Of a stretch of DNA of 64,000 nucleotides, positions 1 through 10,486 are shown in pieces. Every line of letters starts with the position of its first letter. The first letter of the stretch is position 1. A program made the position numbers and the translations under genes. The stretch covers positions 118,438 to 182,437 of the forward strand of contig JADBKE010000008.1 of assembly GCA_014896535.1 (NCBI GenBank), in the 5' to 3' direction. Below the pieces are notes generated by a model that ran no database searches, was not told the origin of the DNA, and was given only the letters and a program-made list of their open reading frames with translations. Source of the stretch: Candidatus Fermentithermobacillaceae bacterium. Its GTDB lineage: Bacteria; Bacillota; Sulfobacillia; Fermentithermobacillales; DUSS01.

Positions 1-170
1 AAACCTAAAAGGTCCGGCTCGTACCCGGCGAGGATCCTCTCATGAAAGGAGACTTCCTTGGGATGGTCCGTTCCAGAGACGTCCTTCAACTGGGTCTGTA
101 GGAACCCGGTGCGGAGCTTTTCGTCTCTAGGTCGAACGGATGTCTGCTATTGCCAAGGAGGTCTCATACC

Positions 171-495
171 GTGTCTCTGCTCACCGCCTCAAACATCGCC
201 AACCATTTCGGCAACCGTTGCCTCTTTTCCGGGCTTGACTTCGAACTGCTAAAAGATCAGCGCCTGGCCGCTTCCGGCCGCAACGGATGGGGCATGACCA
301 CCCTCCTGCCGGATTCTCGCGGCAAATTTCTTGCCGCCGACGAAAGGCTCGCCCACCGGAGGGTTCGTCCGCCCGGCCCCGAGGGCGCGTCCGGCCCGCA
401 CCCCCTGGAAGGAGTGGAGAGACCGTGCGCAACTAAAGCAGCGATAGCGATTGCTTGACTGGGAAGAACTGGCATCAAAGCTGAGAGAGCGAGGT
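171..495 (+). pseudogene. Remnant of an ABC-F family ATPase (N-terminus plus probable C-terminal scrap, internal deletion)
   Basis: AAGGAGG RBS then GTG at 171: VSLLTASNIANHFGNRCLFSGLDFELLKDQRLAASGRNGWGMTTLL, an ABC-F N-terminus with a decayed Walker A (GRNGxGKTTLL). Another frame at 451-495 reads LDWEELASKLRE, like the Uup-type C-terminal helix. Confidence 0.6.
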
Positions 496-502
496 CCCGG
501 AT

Positions 503-2305
503 ATGAAGCAGCTGGCGCGAATGATGTCGTATCTGAAGCCCCACTGGGCCACAGTTCTGGCGACCTTTTTTGCGATGATCATCCAGACGGTGATGGAGCC
601 GCTTTCCACGATGATATTGAGGGCTATGGTTGACCAGGCACTCCCCTCAAGGGACATGTCCCTCATCATCAATCTCTGCCTGTGGTACATCGGAATTTAC
701 GCCATTAAGGGGCTTGTCAGCTGGGTTCAGTGGTACGGATCGGAACTCACCGGGCAGAAGGTCACGTATGACATAAGACAATCCGTTCACGACCACCTCC
801 AGAAGCTTCCCCCGTCGTACTTCAACACCATGGGCTCGGGTCAGGTGATGTCCCGGCTCACCAGCGACATCGAGTCCATGCAAAACTTCGTGGGGTGGGG
901 TGCTCTCCTCCTCATCAACATGGTAATGCTGTTCATCGTCTCCTCGGCGTTCCTGGCATATCTCAACTGGAAACTGACCCTGGCCATGGCGGTGACCTTC
1001 CCATTCCTCGCCAGGACCGTTTTCTGGTTTGACAAGCACGTGAGAAAAGCCTGGGAGAACGTGCGGGAAAAGATGGGTCATCTCACCACGGCTCTTCAGG
1101 AGAACATAAGCGGCATCAACGTAGTGAAAGCCTTCGCCCGGGAAGAACTGGAAATTGAAAAGTTCCGGGCGAAGAACCTGGCCCACTACGAAGCCAACAT
1201 GGAAAGGGCGGCGGTCGAAGCCAAGGGCCAGCCGCTTCTCGACTTGATTTCGGGATTCGTCACAGTGATAGTCATCGGCTACGGAGGATACCTGGTGGCG
1301 ACGGGCCAAATGACCATGGGGACGATCTTCGCCTTTTATTCCTTGAGCTGGACTCTCATCTGGCCGGTGAGGATGATGGGATGGCTCGTGAACATGGCGG
1401 AGCAAGCCCGAGCCGCTGCGCCCAGGGTTTTTGAACTGCTGGATCACGAGCCCGAGATAAAGGACGAGCCGGGCGCCGTGGATCTGGAAGAAGTCCGAGG
1501 CCACATAGTGTTCGAGAATGTGTCCTTTTCCTTCCCCGACGACTCCCGGGAGACGCTGAAAGACATCAACCTGGAGATCCTGCCGGGAGAGACCGTGGCC
1601 ATCGTAGGGGGAACGGGCTCCGGCAAGTCCACGCTGGTCAACATGATCCCCCGGTTCGTCCAGCCCACGAAGGGCCGCATTCTTCTGGACGGACGGGACA
1701 TCCGGGAGATAACTCTGAAGTCGTTGAGGAAGCATATAGGGCTCGTTCTCCAGGACAACTTCCTTTTTTCGGCCACGGTGAAGGAGAACATCGCCCTGGG
1801 CAAAAGGGATGCCACCGATGAGGAGATACAAAGGGCAGCGCGACTCGCACAAGCGGAGGAGTTCATCGAGGAACTTCCCAAAAAGTATGACACTCCCGTG
1901 GGCGAACGTGGAATCGGTCTCTCCGGCGGTCAGAAGCAGAGAATCGCGCTGGCCAGAGCGCTCCTGCTGAACCCGAAAATCCTTATCCTGGATGAAGCTA
2001 CTTCGAGCGTGGACACGGAAACCGAATATCTCATCCAGGAAGGGCTTCAGGAAGTCATGAAAGGACGGACTTCGATAGTGATAGCTAAACGACTGTCGAC
2101 CATAAGGGGCGCCGACAAGATAGTCATCCTCGACAAAGGCAGAATTCTGCAGGTCGGAACGCACGAGGAACTCTTGAAACAGGGCGGGTTTTACAGGAAA
2201 CTCTTCGAAAGCCAGTTCGCGGAAGAAGACGTGGAAAAGGCGATCAGGCTCGAGCTGGCGGAGTACGCAGGTGGAGAGCCGAACTCCGATGACCCGAGCC
2301 AGTAA
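503..2305 (+). CDS. Heterodimeric ABC exporter, TMD+NBD half-transporter 1 (TM287-like)
   Basis: Hydrophobic N-terminal half; Walker A GGTGSGKST, signature LSGGQKQR, Walker B ILILDEATSS; H-switch is AKRLST (His to Lys). Confidence 0.93.
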   Translation: MKQLARMMSYLKPHWATVLATFFAMIIQTVMEPLSTMILRAMVDQALPSRDMSLIINLCLWYIGIYAIKGLVSWVQWYGSELTGQKVTYDIRQSVHDHLQKLPPSYFNTMGSGQVMSRLTSDIESMQNFVGWGALLLINMVMLFIVSSAFLAYLNWKLTLAMAVTFPFLARTVFWFDKHVRKAWENVREKMGHLTTALQENISGINVVKAFAREELEIEKFRAKNLAHYEANMERAAVEAKGQPLLDLISGFVTVIVIGYGGYLVATGQMTMGTIFAFYSLSWTLIWPVRMMGWLVNMAEQARAAAPRVFELLDHEPEIKDEPGAVDLEEVRGHIVFENVSFSFPDDSRETLKDINLEILPGETVAIVGGTGSGKSTLVNMIPRFVQPTKGRILLDGRDIREITLKSLRKHIGLVLQDNFLFSATVKENIALGKRDATDEEIQRAARLAQAEEFIEELPKKYDTPVGERGIGLSGGQKQRIALARALLLNPKILILDEATSSVDTETEYLIQEGLQEVMKGRTSIVIAKRLSTIRGADKIVILDKGRILQVGTHEELLKQGGFYRKLFESQFAEEDVEKAIRLELAEYAGGEPNSDDPSQ

Positions 2306-2443
2306 AACGGCGTCCTGGGAAAACGGCGGTCCGGGAAGACGGCGAGCTTGCGCAGCACCCGCGGGCCGGCATCGAGGACCCTGGGGAGAACTTCCTCACC
2401 GGCGCAGTCGCCGGACCCGGACAGCAAAAAGGGGTGAGCACCG

Positions 2444-4318
2444 GTGTCGTTGTACGACTTAGACTTGCAGGAAGATGCGGAAGAACGCCCGTTTAACGTG
2501 CGCTACTTCCTGAGGATGCTCGGCTATACCCGCCGCTACTCCAAAACCGCGGCGGCCGGGGTCGGCCTTACCCTGGTCGGCATCCTCATCGGACTTGCGG
2601 AACCCATGCTACTCAAAACCGCTATAGACCAGGGCGTAGCGGCGAAAAACGTGGAGGTCGTCGGGCGGGTGCTGGCCGTGCTGGTCGCATTCCGCCTGAT
2701 CCAGTGGGTGTGCTCGTCTAGACAAATCCGCATCATGAATTTCCTGGGCCAGAAGATCCTATACGATCTTCGGCAAGAGCTTTTCGAGCACATACAAAGG
2801 CTTCCGGTAAGTTTCTTTCACCGTTACCCTGTGGGAAAAATCGTTTCGCGACTGACCAACGATGTAAACCACATGAGCCAGCTGGCTTCTTCGAATACCG
2901 TAAACCTTCTGAGCCAGCTCGTGTCACTGGTAGGAATAGTCGCCATAATGGTCTGGGCCCACTGGAAAATGGCCCTTCTGTCTTTCACCACATTGCCTCT
3001 GCTCGTGCTCGTCATGACCAAAGTGCGGTGGTCGATGGAGCACGCATGGGGTGAGTCCAGAAAGGCCATCGGCGAGATCAACGCCCACCTGAACGAAACC
3101 GTCCAGGGGCTTCAGGTGATCCAGGCTTTCGGGCAGGAGGAAGAGAACAGCCGGAAGTTCTCGAAAGCCGGCAAGAAGTTCTTCAATGCGTATATGAAGG
3201 CCATCAAGATAGAAGTAGCCTTCTGGCCGCTCACGGACCTCGTCGGAGCCCTGGGCACCGCCATCGTAGTGTTGTACGGGTCTATGGAGCTTTTCCGAGG
3301 CACCGTGAGCCTGGGGCTCATGCTCGCCTTCGTCAACTACTTGGGCAAGTTCTGGGCACCCATCAGCACGTTTTCCCGGGCATGGAGTCAGATCCTCTCG
3401 GCCATGGCGTCGGCGGAAAGGGTGTTCGGCATCCTCGATGTCCCGCTCGAAACCGAAGGGGACGAAACCAAGATGGAGATGCCCAGAATCCAGGGCGAAG
3501 TCGTCTTCGAGAACGTGTCCTTCCATTACCGCGCAGGTGAACCTGTCCTCCACAACGTCAGCTTTCGGGTAAGGCCCGGGGAGACCATAGCTCTGGTGGG
3601 ACCGACGGGCGCAGGAAAGACCACCATAATCAATCTGGTGGCGGCTTTCCACCGGCCCACATCCGGACGGGTTTTGGTGGACGGGTATGACCTGGCCGAG
3701 GTGAAACTCGGCTCGTACCGCAAGCAGCTGGGGATTGTCCTTCAGGATACTTTCATATTCTCCGGAACCATTTTGGACAACATCAAATTCGGCAAGCCTG
3801 ACGCTTCCATGGAGGAGGTGGAAAGGGCGGCGAAAGCCTCCCGGGCTATAGAGTTCATTTCCCGGATGCCCAAGGGATTCGATTCCGAGGTCCACGAGCG
3901 CGGACAGAACCTTTCCACCGGGGAAAGACAGCTCCTGGCCTTCACCAGGGCGCTGCTGGCCGATCCGAGGATTTTGATCCTGGACGAGGCGACTTCCAGC
4001 ATCGACCCGGGGACGGAAAGGTTGATCCAGGAGGCAATGCAGACATTGCTAAAGGGGCGCACGTCGTTCATCATCGCGCACAGGCTGGCCACCGTCCGGG
4101 CCGCGGACAGGATCTTCGTAGTACAGGACGGGAGGATCGTGGAAGAAGGGTCTCATCAGGAGCTCGTGAACAAGGGAGGACTTTACGCTCGTCTTTACGA
4201 GGCGCAATTCAAGACGAGCCGCAACAAGGTCAGGCTGAACGGAGACGAGACCAACGGACGGGAACGGGTCGCCACCGGCGGGACGAACTCGGCGGGCGAG
4301 ATGAGCTCTACGAATTAG
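2444..4318 (+). CDS. Heterodimeric ABC exporter, TMD+NBD half-transporter 2 (TM288-like)
   Basis: Walker A GPTGAGKTT, degenerate signature LSTGERQ, Walker B ILILDEATSS, intact AHRL switch; tandem with half 1. Confidence 0.93.
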   Translation: MSLYDLDLQEDAEERPFNVRYFLRMLGYTRRYSKTAAAGVGLTLVGILIGLAEPMLLKTAIDQGVAAKNVEVVGRVLAVLVAFRLIQWVCSSRQIRIMNFLGQKILYDLRQELFEHIQRLPVSFFHRYPVGKIVSRLTNDVNHMSQLASSNTVNLLSQLVSLVGIVAIMVWAHWKMALLSFTTLPLLVLVMTKVRWSMEHAWGESRKAIGEINAHLNETVQGLQVIQAFGQEEENSRKFSKAGKKFFNAYMKAIKIEVAFWPLTDLVGALGTAIVVLYGSMELFRGTVSLGLMLAFVNYLGKFWAPISTFSRAWSQILSAMASAERVFGILDVPLETEGDETKMEMPRIQGEVVFENVSFHYRAGEPVLHNVSFRVRPGETIALVGPTGAGKTTIINLVAAFHRPTSGRVLVDGYDLAEVKLGSYRKQLGIVLQDTFIFSGTILDNIKFGKPDASMEEVERAAKASRAIEFISRMPKGFDSEVHERGQNLSTGERQLLAFTRALLADPRILILDEATSSIDPGTERLIQEAMQTLLKGRTSFIIAHRLATVRAADRIFVVQDGRIVEEGSHQELVNKGGLYARLYEAQFKTSRNKVRLNGDETNGRERVATGGTNSAGEMSSTN

Positions 4319-4345
4319 CAGCTCGACGGGGGCCCCGACGTCGTA

Positions 4346-4867
4346 TTACAGGAGTTCAAGATACTCTTCGTATAAGGGATTTATCACGAAGCGGCCGGCT
4401 GAAAGGACTTCATAATCCCAGGGGAACATGATCAAGCCGGCCGTTTCCATCCCCCACCAGTCCGGTTTCCACCCATCCAGAGTGACCCAGAGCGAAGCGG
4501 TTCTTACTTTGCGCGCGCCTTTCCTCTTCGTTTCCTGGGAGGTCATGAGAAGCGTTTCTCCGGACACAACCATTTCGTCGACGATGAGGACCCGCTTTCC
4601 TTCCACCCTTTGCGGCACCGGCATGAGGAAGACCGGTCTGTCTCTGACGACGTGGCCGCGGAATTTCCTTGTAAGCACGACGGGATACAACTCAACCTGT
4701 AGGATGGACGCGATAATCGTGGCGGGGATGAGGCCGCCCCTGGCCACTCCGATGACCAGGTCGGGGTCGAAGCCGGCCTTTGCTTCCAGGGCTATCGCCT
4801 TGCAGATGTCCATTACTTCATCCCAGGTCAGCCTATAAGCCGGGCTTTCCACGTATTTCGGCTCCAT
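4346..4867 (-). CDS. Type I phosphoribosyltransferase (purine PRTase-like, COG2236-type)
   Basis: LTWDEV N-terminus, VIGVARGGLIPA, PRPP-binding loop VLIVDEMVVSGETL, C-terminal IMFPWD. Confidence 0.85.
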   Translation of the reverse strand: MEPKYVESPAYRLTWDEVMDICKAIALEAKAGFDPDLVIGVARGGLIPATIIASILQVELYPVVLTRKFRGHVVRDRPVFLMPVPQRVEGKRVLIVDEMVVSGETLLMTSQETKRKGARKVRTASLWVTLDGWKPDWWGMETAGLIMFPWDYEVLSAGRFVINPLYEEYLELL

Positions 4868-5059
4868 AACCTTCGCCTTCTTACCAGTCCATGTTTACTT
4901 CGGTTTCACATCCGGCTCCTACGTATACTTCCCTGATGACGTGGGGATTCCTTCTTTTCTCGAGGCTGCGGCAACTCAGTTGAGCCGATGCCACCGAGTC
5001 GCGGCAAAACCTGATTTCTTCTCCTTTCGAGGCTCCTGGCAACCTACCCGCTGTGACCA

Positions 5060-5086
5060 GCAGGAAAAATGGGACGTTTGTCGAAG
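5060..5086 (+). promoter_or_regulatory. Possible sigma-H-type promoter for the D-aminoacylase gene
   Basis: GCAGGAAAA-N11-GTCGAAG resembles the SigH consensus RNAGGAWWW-N11/12-RNNGAAT. Confidence 0.35.
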
Positions 5087-5144
5087 GATTTCGTTATCGG
5101 AAATCCCTGCTCTGCAGCAACTCTTCTACTAAACGGAGGACGCC

Positions 5145-6665
5145 ATGAAATACGACATCCTGATCAAAAACGGAAAAATCATCGACGGCACGGGGAAACC
5201 CGGCTTTTTTGCCGACGTGGCCATCAAAGGAAAGACCATTGCCAAGGTAGGTCAGAACATCGAAAATCAGGAGGCTTCCTGCGTCATCGACGCAAGCGGG
5301 CTGGTCGTATCGCCTGGTTTCATAGATGTCCACTGCCACACGGACTGGAGCATACTGGACGGACCGTGGGACGACCACCAGGAAATGCAGGGCATCACGA
5401 CTCAAGTTGCAGGCCTCTGCGGCACCTCTCCCCTTTCTCCCGAGGAGCACTTCCGCGATGTCCTCCAGGAAACGGGGTTGAGGACGAACTACGCACTCAT
5501 GGTGGGACACGGGACGGTGCGGAAATCCGTTATGGGCGATGCGGAGCGAGCTCCTCTCCCCGATGAACTCCGCAAGATGAAGTACCTAACGGAAAAGGCC
5601 CTTGACGAAGGTGCTCTGGGATTATCCACGGGTCTCATATACGTACCCGGAACGTACTCGACCACCGAAGAGCTCAAAGAGCTCGCCAGCGTACTCCGGC
5701 GCTACGACGGCGTGTATGCGACGCACATGAGGTCCGAAAGCGATGCCATCCTCAAAGCCGTGGATGAAGCCATCGAAGTGGCGTGTCATGCCGATGTCCG
5801 CCTCCAGATATCCCACATCAAGGTTATCCTGCCGCGGAACTGGGGGTTGGGACCGGAAGTCATCAAAAGGCTGGAGGCGGCGATGAAAAACATACCCGTG
5901 GCGGCCGACCAGTATCCGTATACCGTGACGGGCGGAGGGTTGTACGGTCCTTCCCGGCTCGTTAAAGGCTGGCCCGTCCAAGAGCAACAAAGCGCCGAAG
6001 ATAAGGAGTCTCGTGCTCTTGCCCAGTTCCAAAGGGATTTCCGTTACGCCGAAAAGCGGGAGGAACTGGTTTCCCACGTCCGGTCGCTCCTGGAAGACCG
6101 GGGCGGACCCAAACAGTTCATCATAGTAAAAGCTAAAACTCAGCGCATCGTAGGGATGAGACTCGATGAGGCAAGTCGTGCCCTGGACATACCAGCGGAG
6201 ATCCTCTGCCTTGAGGAAATCGCAGCATCCGAAGGACAGTTCGCCATGGTCTACGAAGGGGTCTACGAGCCGGAAATGATCGAATTCATGAAAAAACCCT
6301 GGGTGATGGTGGGAACGGACGGAGTGCCCGGCGCCTTTCACCCGCGGACCCACGGAACGTTTCCGCGACTCCTGGGCCGGTATGTGAGGGAGAAAAACGT
6401 TCTCCCTCTGGAGGAGGCCATCCGGAAGATGACGAGCCTGCCTGCGGAAACCTTCGGGTTCCCGGGACGGGGGCGGATCGCCGAAGGCTTCTATGCCGAC
6501 CTGGTCGTCTTCGATCCTGACACCATCATAGACAGAGCTGACTTCGTCCAGCCGCATGTGTATCCCGAAGGGATAAAGTGGGTCTTCGTCAACGGAACGG
6601 CGGTCGTCCGGGAAGGCCGACCGGTCGAGGTTTATCCGGGAGTACCGCTTCGCCGGGAAAGCTAG
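5145..6665 (+). CDS. N-acyl-D-amino-acid deacylase (amidohydrolase family)
   Basis: YDILIKNGKIIDGTG, PGFIDVHCHTD, QGITTQVAGLCG, THMRSE, HPRTHGTFPRLLG, ADLVVFDP; GGAGG RBS. Confidence 0.9.
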   Translation: MKYDILIKNGKIIDGTGKPGFFADVAIKGKTIAKVGQNIENQEASCVIDASGLVVSPGFIDVHCHTDWSILDGPWDDHQEMQGITTQVAGLCGTSPLSPEEHFRDVLQETGLRTNYALMVGHGTVRKSVMGDAERAPLPDELRKMKYLTEKALDEGALGLSTGLIYVPGTYSTTEELKELASVLRRYDGVYATHMRSESDAILKAVDEAIEVACHADVRLQISHIKVILPRNWGLGPEVIKRLEAAMKNIPVAADQYPYTVTGGGLYGPSRLVKGWPVQEQQSAEDKESRALAQFQRDFRYAEKREELVSHVRSLLEDRGGPKQFIIVKAKTQRIVGMRLDEASRALDIPAEILCLEEIAASEGQFAMVYEGVYEPEMIEFMKKPWVMVGTDGVPGAFHPRTHGTFPRLLGRYVREKNVLPLEEAIRKMTSLPAETFGFPGRGRIAEGFYADLVVFDPDTIIDRADFVQPHVYPEGIKWVFVNGTAVVREGRPVEVYPGVPLRRES

Positions 6666-6734
6666 GTCCTGCCGGAGGCGAGTGCCGGGGACGGCGCTCC
6701 GGTTCATCAACTCCTGAATATAGTCAGATGCAGG

Positions 6735-8120
6735 TTAGCCCTGCACTCGCTCGAACTTGGCGGTGAAGTGCCTCAGCACGGGCGCCTCCTCGACAAGCCG
6801 GAGACCCCTTATGTCCTTAGCTCTGTCCCTCACCCTGGCTACGGCCCGGGCGACGAGCTTCATGTGTCTGTCCGAGTACACCCTGCGGGGAATCGCCAAC
6901 CTTACGAGTTCGAGCTCGGGCCATATGTCCCTTCCCGTCTCCGGGTCTTTACGGCCGAAAGCGCATCCTCCCAGTTCAACTCCACGGATGCCGCCCTCGA
7001 TGTAGAGCTCGACTACCAGAGACTGAGCCGGGAAGTTCTCCCTGGGGATGTGCGGTAGCAGCGGAAGGGCGTTGATGTAGATTCCGTGACCACCCGGCGG
7101 TTTCACTATCGGAATGCCTTCCTTTTCCAGGAGCTCTCCGAGGTACGCCACCTGTCCAATGCGGTCTTCGAGGTAGCTTTCGTCCAGCACCTCGCGGAGG
7201 CCGCGGGCCATAGCTTCCATATCCCTGCCGGCGAGCCCGCCGTAGGTGATGAACCCCTCAAACGGGATTTGCCACTGGACCGCCTGCCTATAGTGCTTCT
7301 CGTGTCTGAACCCGAGAAGACCGCCTATGTTGACCAGGGCATCTTTCTTGGCGCTCATCGTAAATCCGTCCCCGTACGAAAACATCTCCCTGGCTATCTC
7401 CGCAACGGACTTGTGGGCGTAGCCGGGCTCGCGGTCCTTTATGAAGTAGCAGTTTTCGGCAAACCTCGCTGCGTCGAAGAACACGGGTATTCCGTACTTG
7501 TCTGCGATCTCCCTGGTCTTTCTGATATTCGCCATCGAGACGGGCTGCCCGCCGTTGTTGTTGCACGTCACGGTGATGAGGATAAAGGGCACCTTGGAAG
7601 GATCTTTCGCAATCTCCTCTTCGAGTCTGGCCAGATCGATGTCCCCTTTGAAGGGCGCTTCCTTTTCCGGAATCAACCCTTCGGCCCGAAGACAGTTTAC
7701 GGGCTCGGCGCCTCGGAGCAAGATGTGCCCTTCTGTGGTGTCGAAGTGCATGTTTCCGAGCACCCTGTCGCCGGGTTTCACCATGGCGGCCATGAGAACG
7801 TGCTCGGCACCCCGCCCCTGGTGAACCGGAAGGACGTATTCGTACCCGGTGATCTCCCGCACCACGTCCCTCAGGTTGTAGTAGTTCCGGCTTCCGGCGT
7901 ATGCTTCGTCTCCGAGCATCATTCCGGCCCACTGGTTGTCCGACATGGCAGAGGTGCCGCTGTCGGTGAGGAGATCTATGTAGACGGCCCAGGACGGAAG
8001 GGAAAACACGTTGTAATGCGCCTCTGCGATGAGCTTCTGCCGTTCTTCCCGCGTGGTCTGCCTTACCGGTTCGACGACTTTGATCCGGTAGGGTTCCGCG
8101 TACTCGTCTCTTCTTCGCAT
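6735..8120 (-). CDS. tnaA: Tryptophanase (PLP-dependent beta-eliminating lyase)
   Basis: IDLLTDSGT, GDEAYAG, HQGRGAE; residues that separate tryptophanase from tyrosine phenol-lyase: HFDTT, MSAKKD (PLP Lys), LRHFTA. Start moved to ATG 8120 after a GAGGGG RBS. Confidence 0.88.
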   Translation of the reverse strand: MRRRDEYAEPYRIKVVEPVRQTTREERQKLIAEAHYNVFSLPSWAVYIDLLTDSGTSAMSDNQWAGMMLGDEAYAGSRNYYNLRDVVREITGYEYVLPVHQGRGAEHVLMAAMVKPGDRVLGNMHFDTTEGHILLRGAEPVNCLRAEGLIPEKEAPFKGDIDLARLEEEIAKDPSKVPFILITVTCNNNGGQPVSMANIRKTREIADKYGIPVFFDAARFAENCYFIKDREPGYAHKSVAEIAREMFSYGDGFTMSAKKDALVNIGGLLGFRHEKHYRQAVQWQIPFEGFITYGGLAGRDMEAMARGLREVLDESYLEDRIGQVAYLGELLEKEGIPIVKPPGGHGIYINALPLLPHIPRENFPAQSLVVELYIEGGIRGVELGGCAFGRKDPETGRDIWPELELVRLAIPRRVYSDRHMKLVARAVARVRDRAKDIRGLRLVEEAPVLRHFTAKFERVQG

Positions 8121-8216
8121 GAGCACCAACCCCCTCTGGGGGTGGTGGCCCACCCCCGTCCGGAATTCCAGCTGCGATTTTGCACCGACTTTGCCTTCTC
8201 AGCCCCCAGCTTCCTG

Positions 8217-9410
8217 TTAAGCACCTATCACGCCGAGCTTCCGACCTACCTCGACGAATCTTTCCAGCGCGAAATCCAGGTCCTGCCTGGAGTGGGCCGC
8301 CGAGAGCATGCATCTGATCCGGGCCTTGCCCCTGGGAACAGTGGGATAAGCGATAGCCTGCGCAAAGACATCTCTCTCCAGGAGCATCCTTGAAAACTCC
8401 TGCGCAACTTTAGCTTCTCCGAGCATCACGGGCGTGATCGGCGTCACGCTGTTGCCTATGTCGAAACCCGCGTCTTTCAATCCTTTCTTGAAGTAAGAGG
8501 CATTATCCCACAGTCTCTTCACGAGCTCGTCGCTCTTCATCAGAATCTCCACGGCTGCGATTGCGGCCCCCACATCGGCGGGAGTGAGCCCGGTGGAAAA
8601 CAGGAAAGGCCTGGCCCGCTGCTTGAGGTAGTCGATGAGCACGGTAGGTCCGGTAACGTATCCGCCCATCACGCCGAAAGCTTTGGAGAGGGTGCCGACT
8701 TCTATCTCCACCTGTCCCTGTAGACCGAAGTGATTGACTATTCCGCGCCCGCTCTTGCCCAGCACCCCTTCGCCATGGGCGTCGTCCACCATAACGATGG
8801 CGTCGAATTCCCGGGCAATCTTGACGATCTCCGGCAATGGAGCGATGTCCCCGTCCATGCTGAATACGCCGTCGGTAACGATCAGTTTACGGCGGGCATC
8901 TTTGCCCTCGGTCTGGATCTTCGCGCGAAGGTCGTTCACGTCGTTGTGGGCGTACCGCACCACTCTGGCTTTGGAAAGCCTGCATGCGTCGATAATACTG
9001 GCGTGGTTGAGCTCATCGGAGAAGATCACGTCACCTTCCCCGGTTATGGTAGGGATGACCGCAACGTTGGCGGTGAAACCGGCCTGAAGCAGGATGCAGG
9101 CGGGCGCTTCCTTGAACTCGGCGAGCTTTCGCTCGAGCTCCAGGTGGATGGTCTGCGTGCCGGCAATGGTCCTGACGGCACCGGGACCCACGCCGTACCT
9201 GTCTATCGCTTGCTTAGCCCGCTCTTTGAGCTCGGGCATGTTCGCAAAACCCAGGTAATTGTTGGAGCACAAGTTCAGAACCCTTCTGCCGTCAACGATC
9301 ATCCAGGCACCCTGGGGCCCGTCTATTGTACGAATGGTGTTAAACAGGCCCTGCTCCTTCAAGGATTGAAGTTCCTCTGCAAGGAAATCGAGTTTAGCCA
9401 CGAGACTCAA
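8217..9410 (-). CDS. kbl: Glycine C-acetyltransferase (2-amino-3-ketobutyrate CoA ligase)
   Basis: [43 protein letters not shown]; adjacent to tdh. Start may be GTG 9401. Confidence 0.9.
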   Translation of the reverse strand: MSLVAKLDFLAEELQSLKEQGLFNTIRTIDGPQGAWMIVDGRRVLNLCSNNYLGFANMPELKERAKQAIDRYGVGPGAVRTIAGTQTIHLELERKLAEFKEAPACILLQAGFTANVAVIPTITGEGDVIFSDELNHASIIDACRLSKARVVRYAHNDVNDLRAKIQTEGKDARRKLIVTDGVFSMDGDIAPLPEIVKIAREFDAIVMVDDAHGEGVLGKSGRGIVNHFGLQGQVEIEVGTLSKAFGVMGGYVTGPTVLIDYLKQRARPFLFSTGLTPADVGAAIAAVEILMKSDELVKRLWDNASYFKKGLKDAGFDIGNSVTPITPVMLGEAKVAQEFSRMLLERDVFAQAIAYPTVPRGKARIRCMLSAAHSRQDLDFALERFVEVGRKLGVIGA

Positions 9411-9445
9411 ACCCCCTCTTAAAACTCAAACTCCATCTTCGATGA

Positions 9446-10486
9446 CTACTTGACCCCTCTCGGGTAGAGGACCACCTTTCCGCAGTTCCCCGAAGTCATG
9501 AGATCCATCCCTCTGGCGTAGTCGGCCAGGTCAAGGTGATGAGTCACCACCGGACTCAAGTCGAGCTTCCCCGACTGGAGAAGTTCTCTCGTCATAACCC
9601 AGGTATCCCACATCCGCCTGCCGGTGATACCCTGGATTTGAATGCCTCTCATGACGATCTCATTGGAAATGTCGAGGTCCACCGCCTTGTCCGGGAGCCC
9701 GAGCAGGGATACCCTGCCACCGGGACGCGCCACCTTGAAGATCTGCGAGAAAACCGGGCGCGCACCGGACATCTCCAATACCACATCCACGCCCTGACCC
9801 CGGGTCTCGTCCATTATGGCGGTAACCGGATCCATTTCATTCGCGTTTATGACCAGGTCAGCCTTCATTTTCCGCGCAATGTCCAGACGGTACTCGTTGA
9901 TGTCCACGGCCGCGACAAACGTAGCGCCCACCGCCCTCGCGACTCCGATGGCCATAAGCCCTATGGGTCCGCAACCGAATACGGCTACGCTCCGCCCCCT
10001 GGTTTCCCCCGCCATAACGGTATGAACGGCATTGCCCAGCGGCTCCTGGATGGAGAGGAACGCCGCTGGCACCGATGGATCGTTCCGCCACAGGTTTTCC
10101 TCGGGTACCGTCACGTACTCGGCAAAACAGCCGTCCCTGTCAACCCCAAGGATCTTCGTGTTTTGACAGACGTGCTTCTCACCAAGGAGACACTGCTTGC
10201 ACTGACCGCACACGATATGGGTTTCGGCGGAGACCAGTTCTCCAACCTTCGCAGACTTTACTCCTGGACCGAGTTCCACCACTTCGCCGACGAACTCATG
10301 TCCCATGATTTGCGGGGGCTTGATCCTCTTCTGTGCCCATTCGTTCCAGATGTAGATATGGTGGTCCGTTCCGCATATAGACGTGGCCTTGACCTCGATG
10401 AGAACCTCGCCCGGACCCGGACGGGGAAGAGGAACATCCGCAAGAATGGCCCCGTATCCCGGTTTCTCTTTGATTACCGCTTTCAA
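9446..10486 (-). CDS. tdh: L-threonine 3-dehydrogenase (Zn-dependent MDR family)
   Basis: SICGTDHHIY, GHEFVGEV, CGQCKQC...C structural Zn, QEPLGNAVHT, GCGPIG, GITGRRMWDTW; TTG start after GGGAGG. Confidence 0.93.
   Translation of the reverse strand: MKAVIKEKPGYGAILADVPLPRPGPGEVLIEVKATSICGTDHHIYIWNEWAQKRIKPPQIMGHEFVGEVVELGPGVKSAKVGELVSAETHIVCGQCKQCLLGEKHVCQNTKILGVDRDGCFAEYVTVPEENLWRNDPSVPAAFLSIQEPLGNAVHTVMAGETRGRSVAVFGCGPIGLMAIGVARAVGATFVAAVDINEYRLDIARKMKADLVINANEMDPVTAIMDETRGQGVDVVLEMSGARPVFSQIFKVARPGGRVSLLGLPDKAVDLDISNEIVMRGIQIQGITGRRMWDTWVMTRELLQSGKLDLSPVVTHHLDLADYARGMDLMTSGNCGKVVLYPRGVK

Noticed and set aside
647-2164. Long antisense ORFs over the ABC, pnp, tnaA and deacylase genes (e.g. 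647-2164, 31431-33173)
   Set aside because: Codon-bias shadows of well-supported genes on the opposite strand.
6735-8120. Tyrosine phenol-lyase assignment
   Set aside because: Diagnostic residues (FDTT, SAKKD, LRHF) match tryptophanase rather than TPL (FTTT, SGKKD, LRFF).
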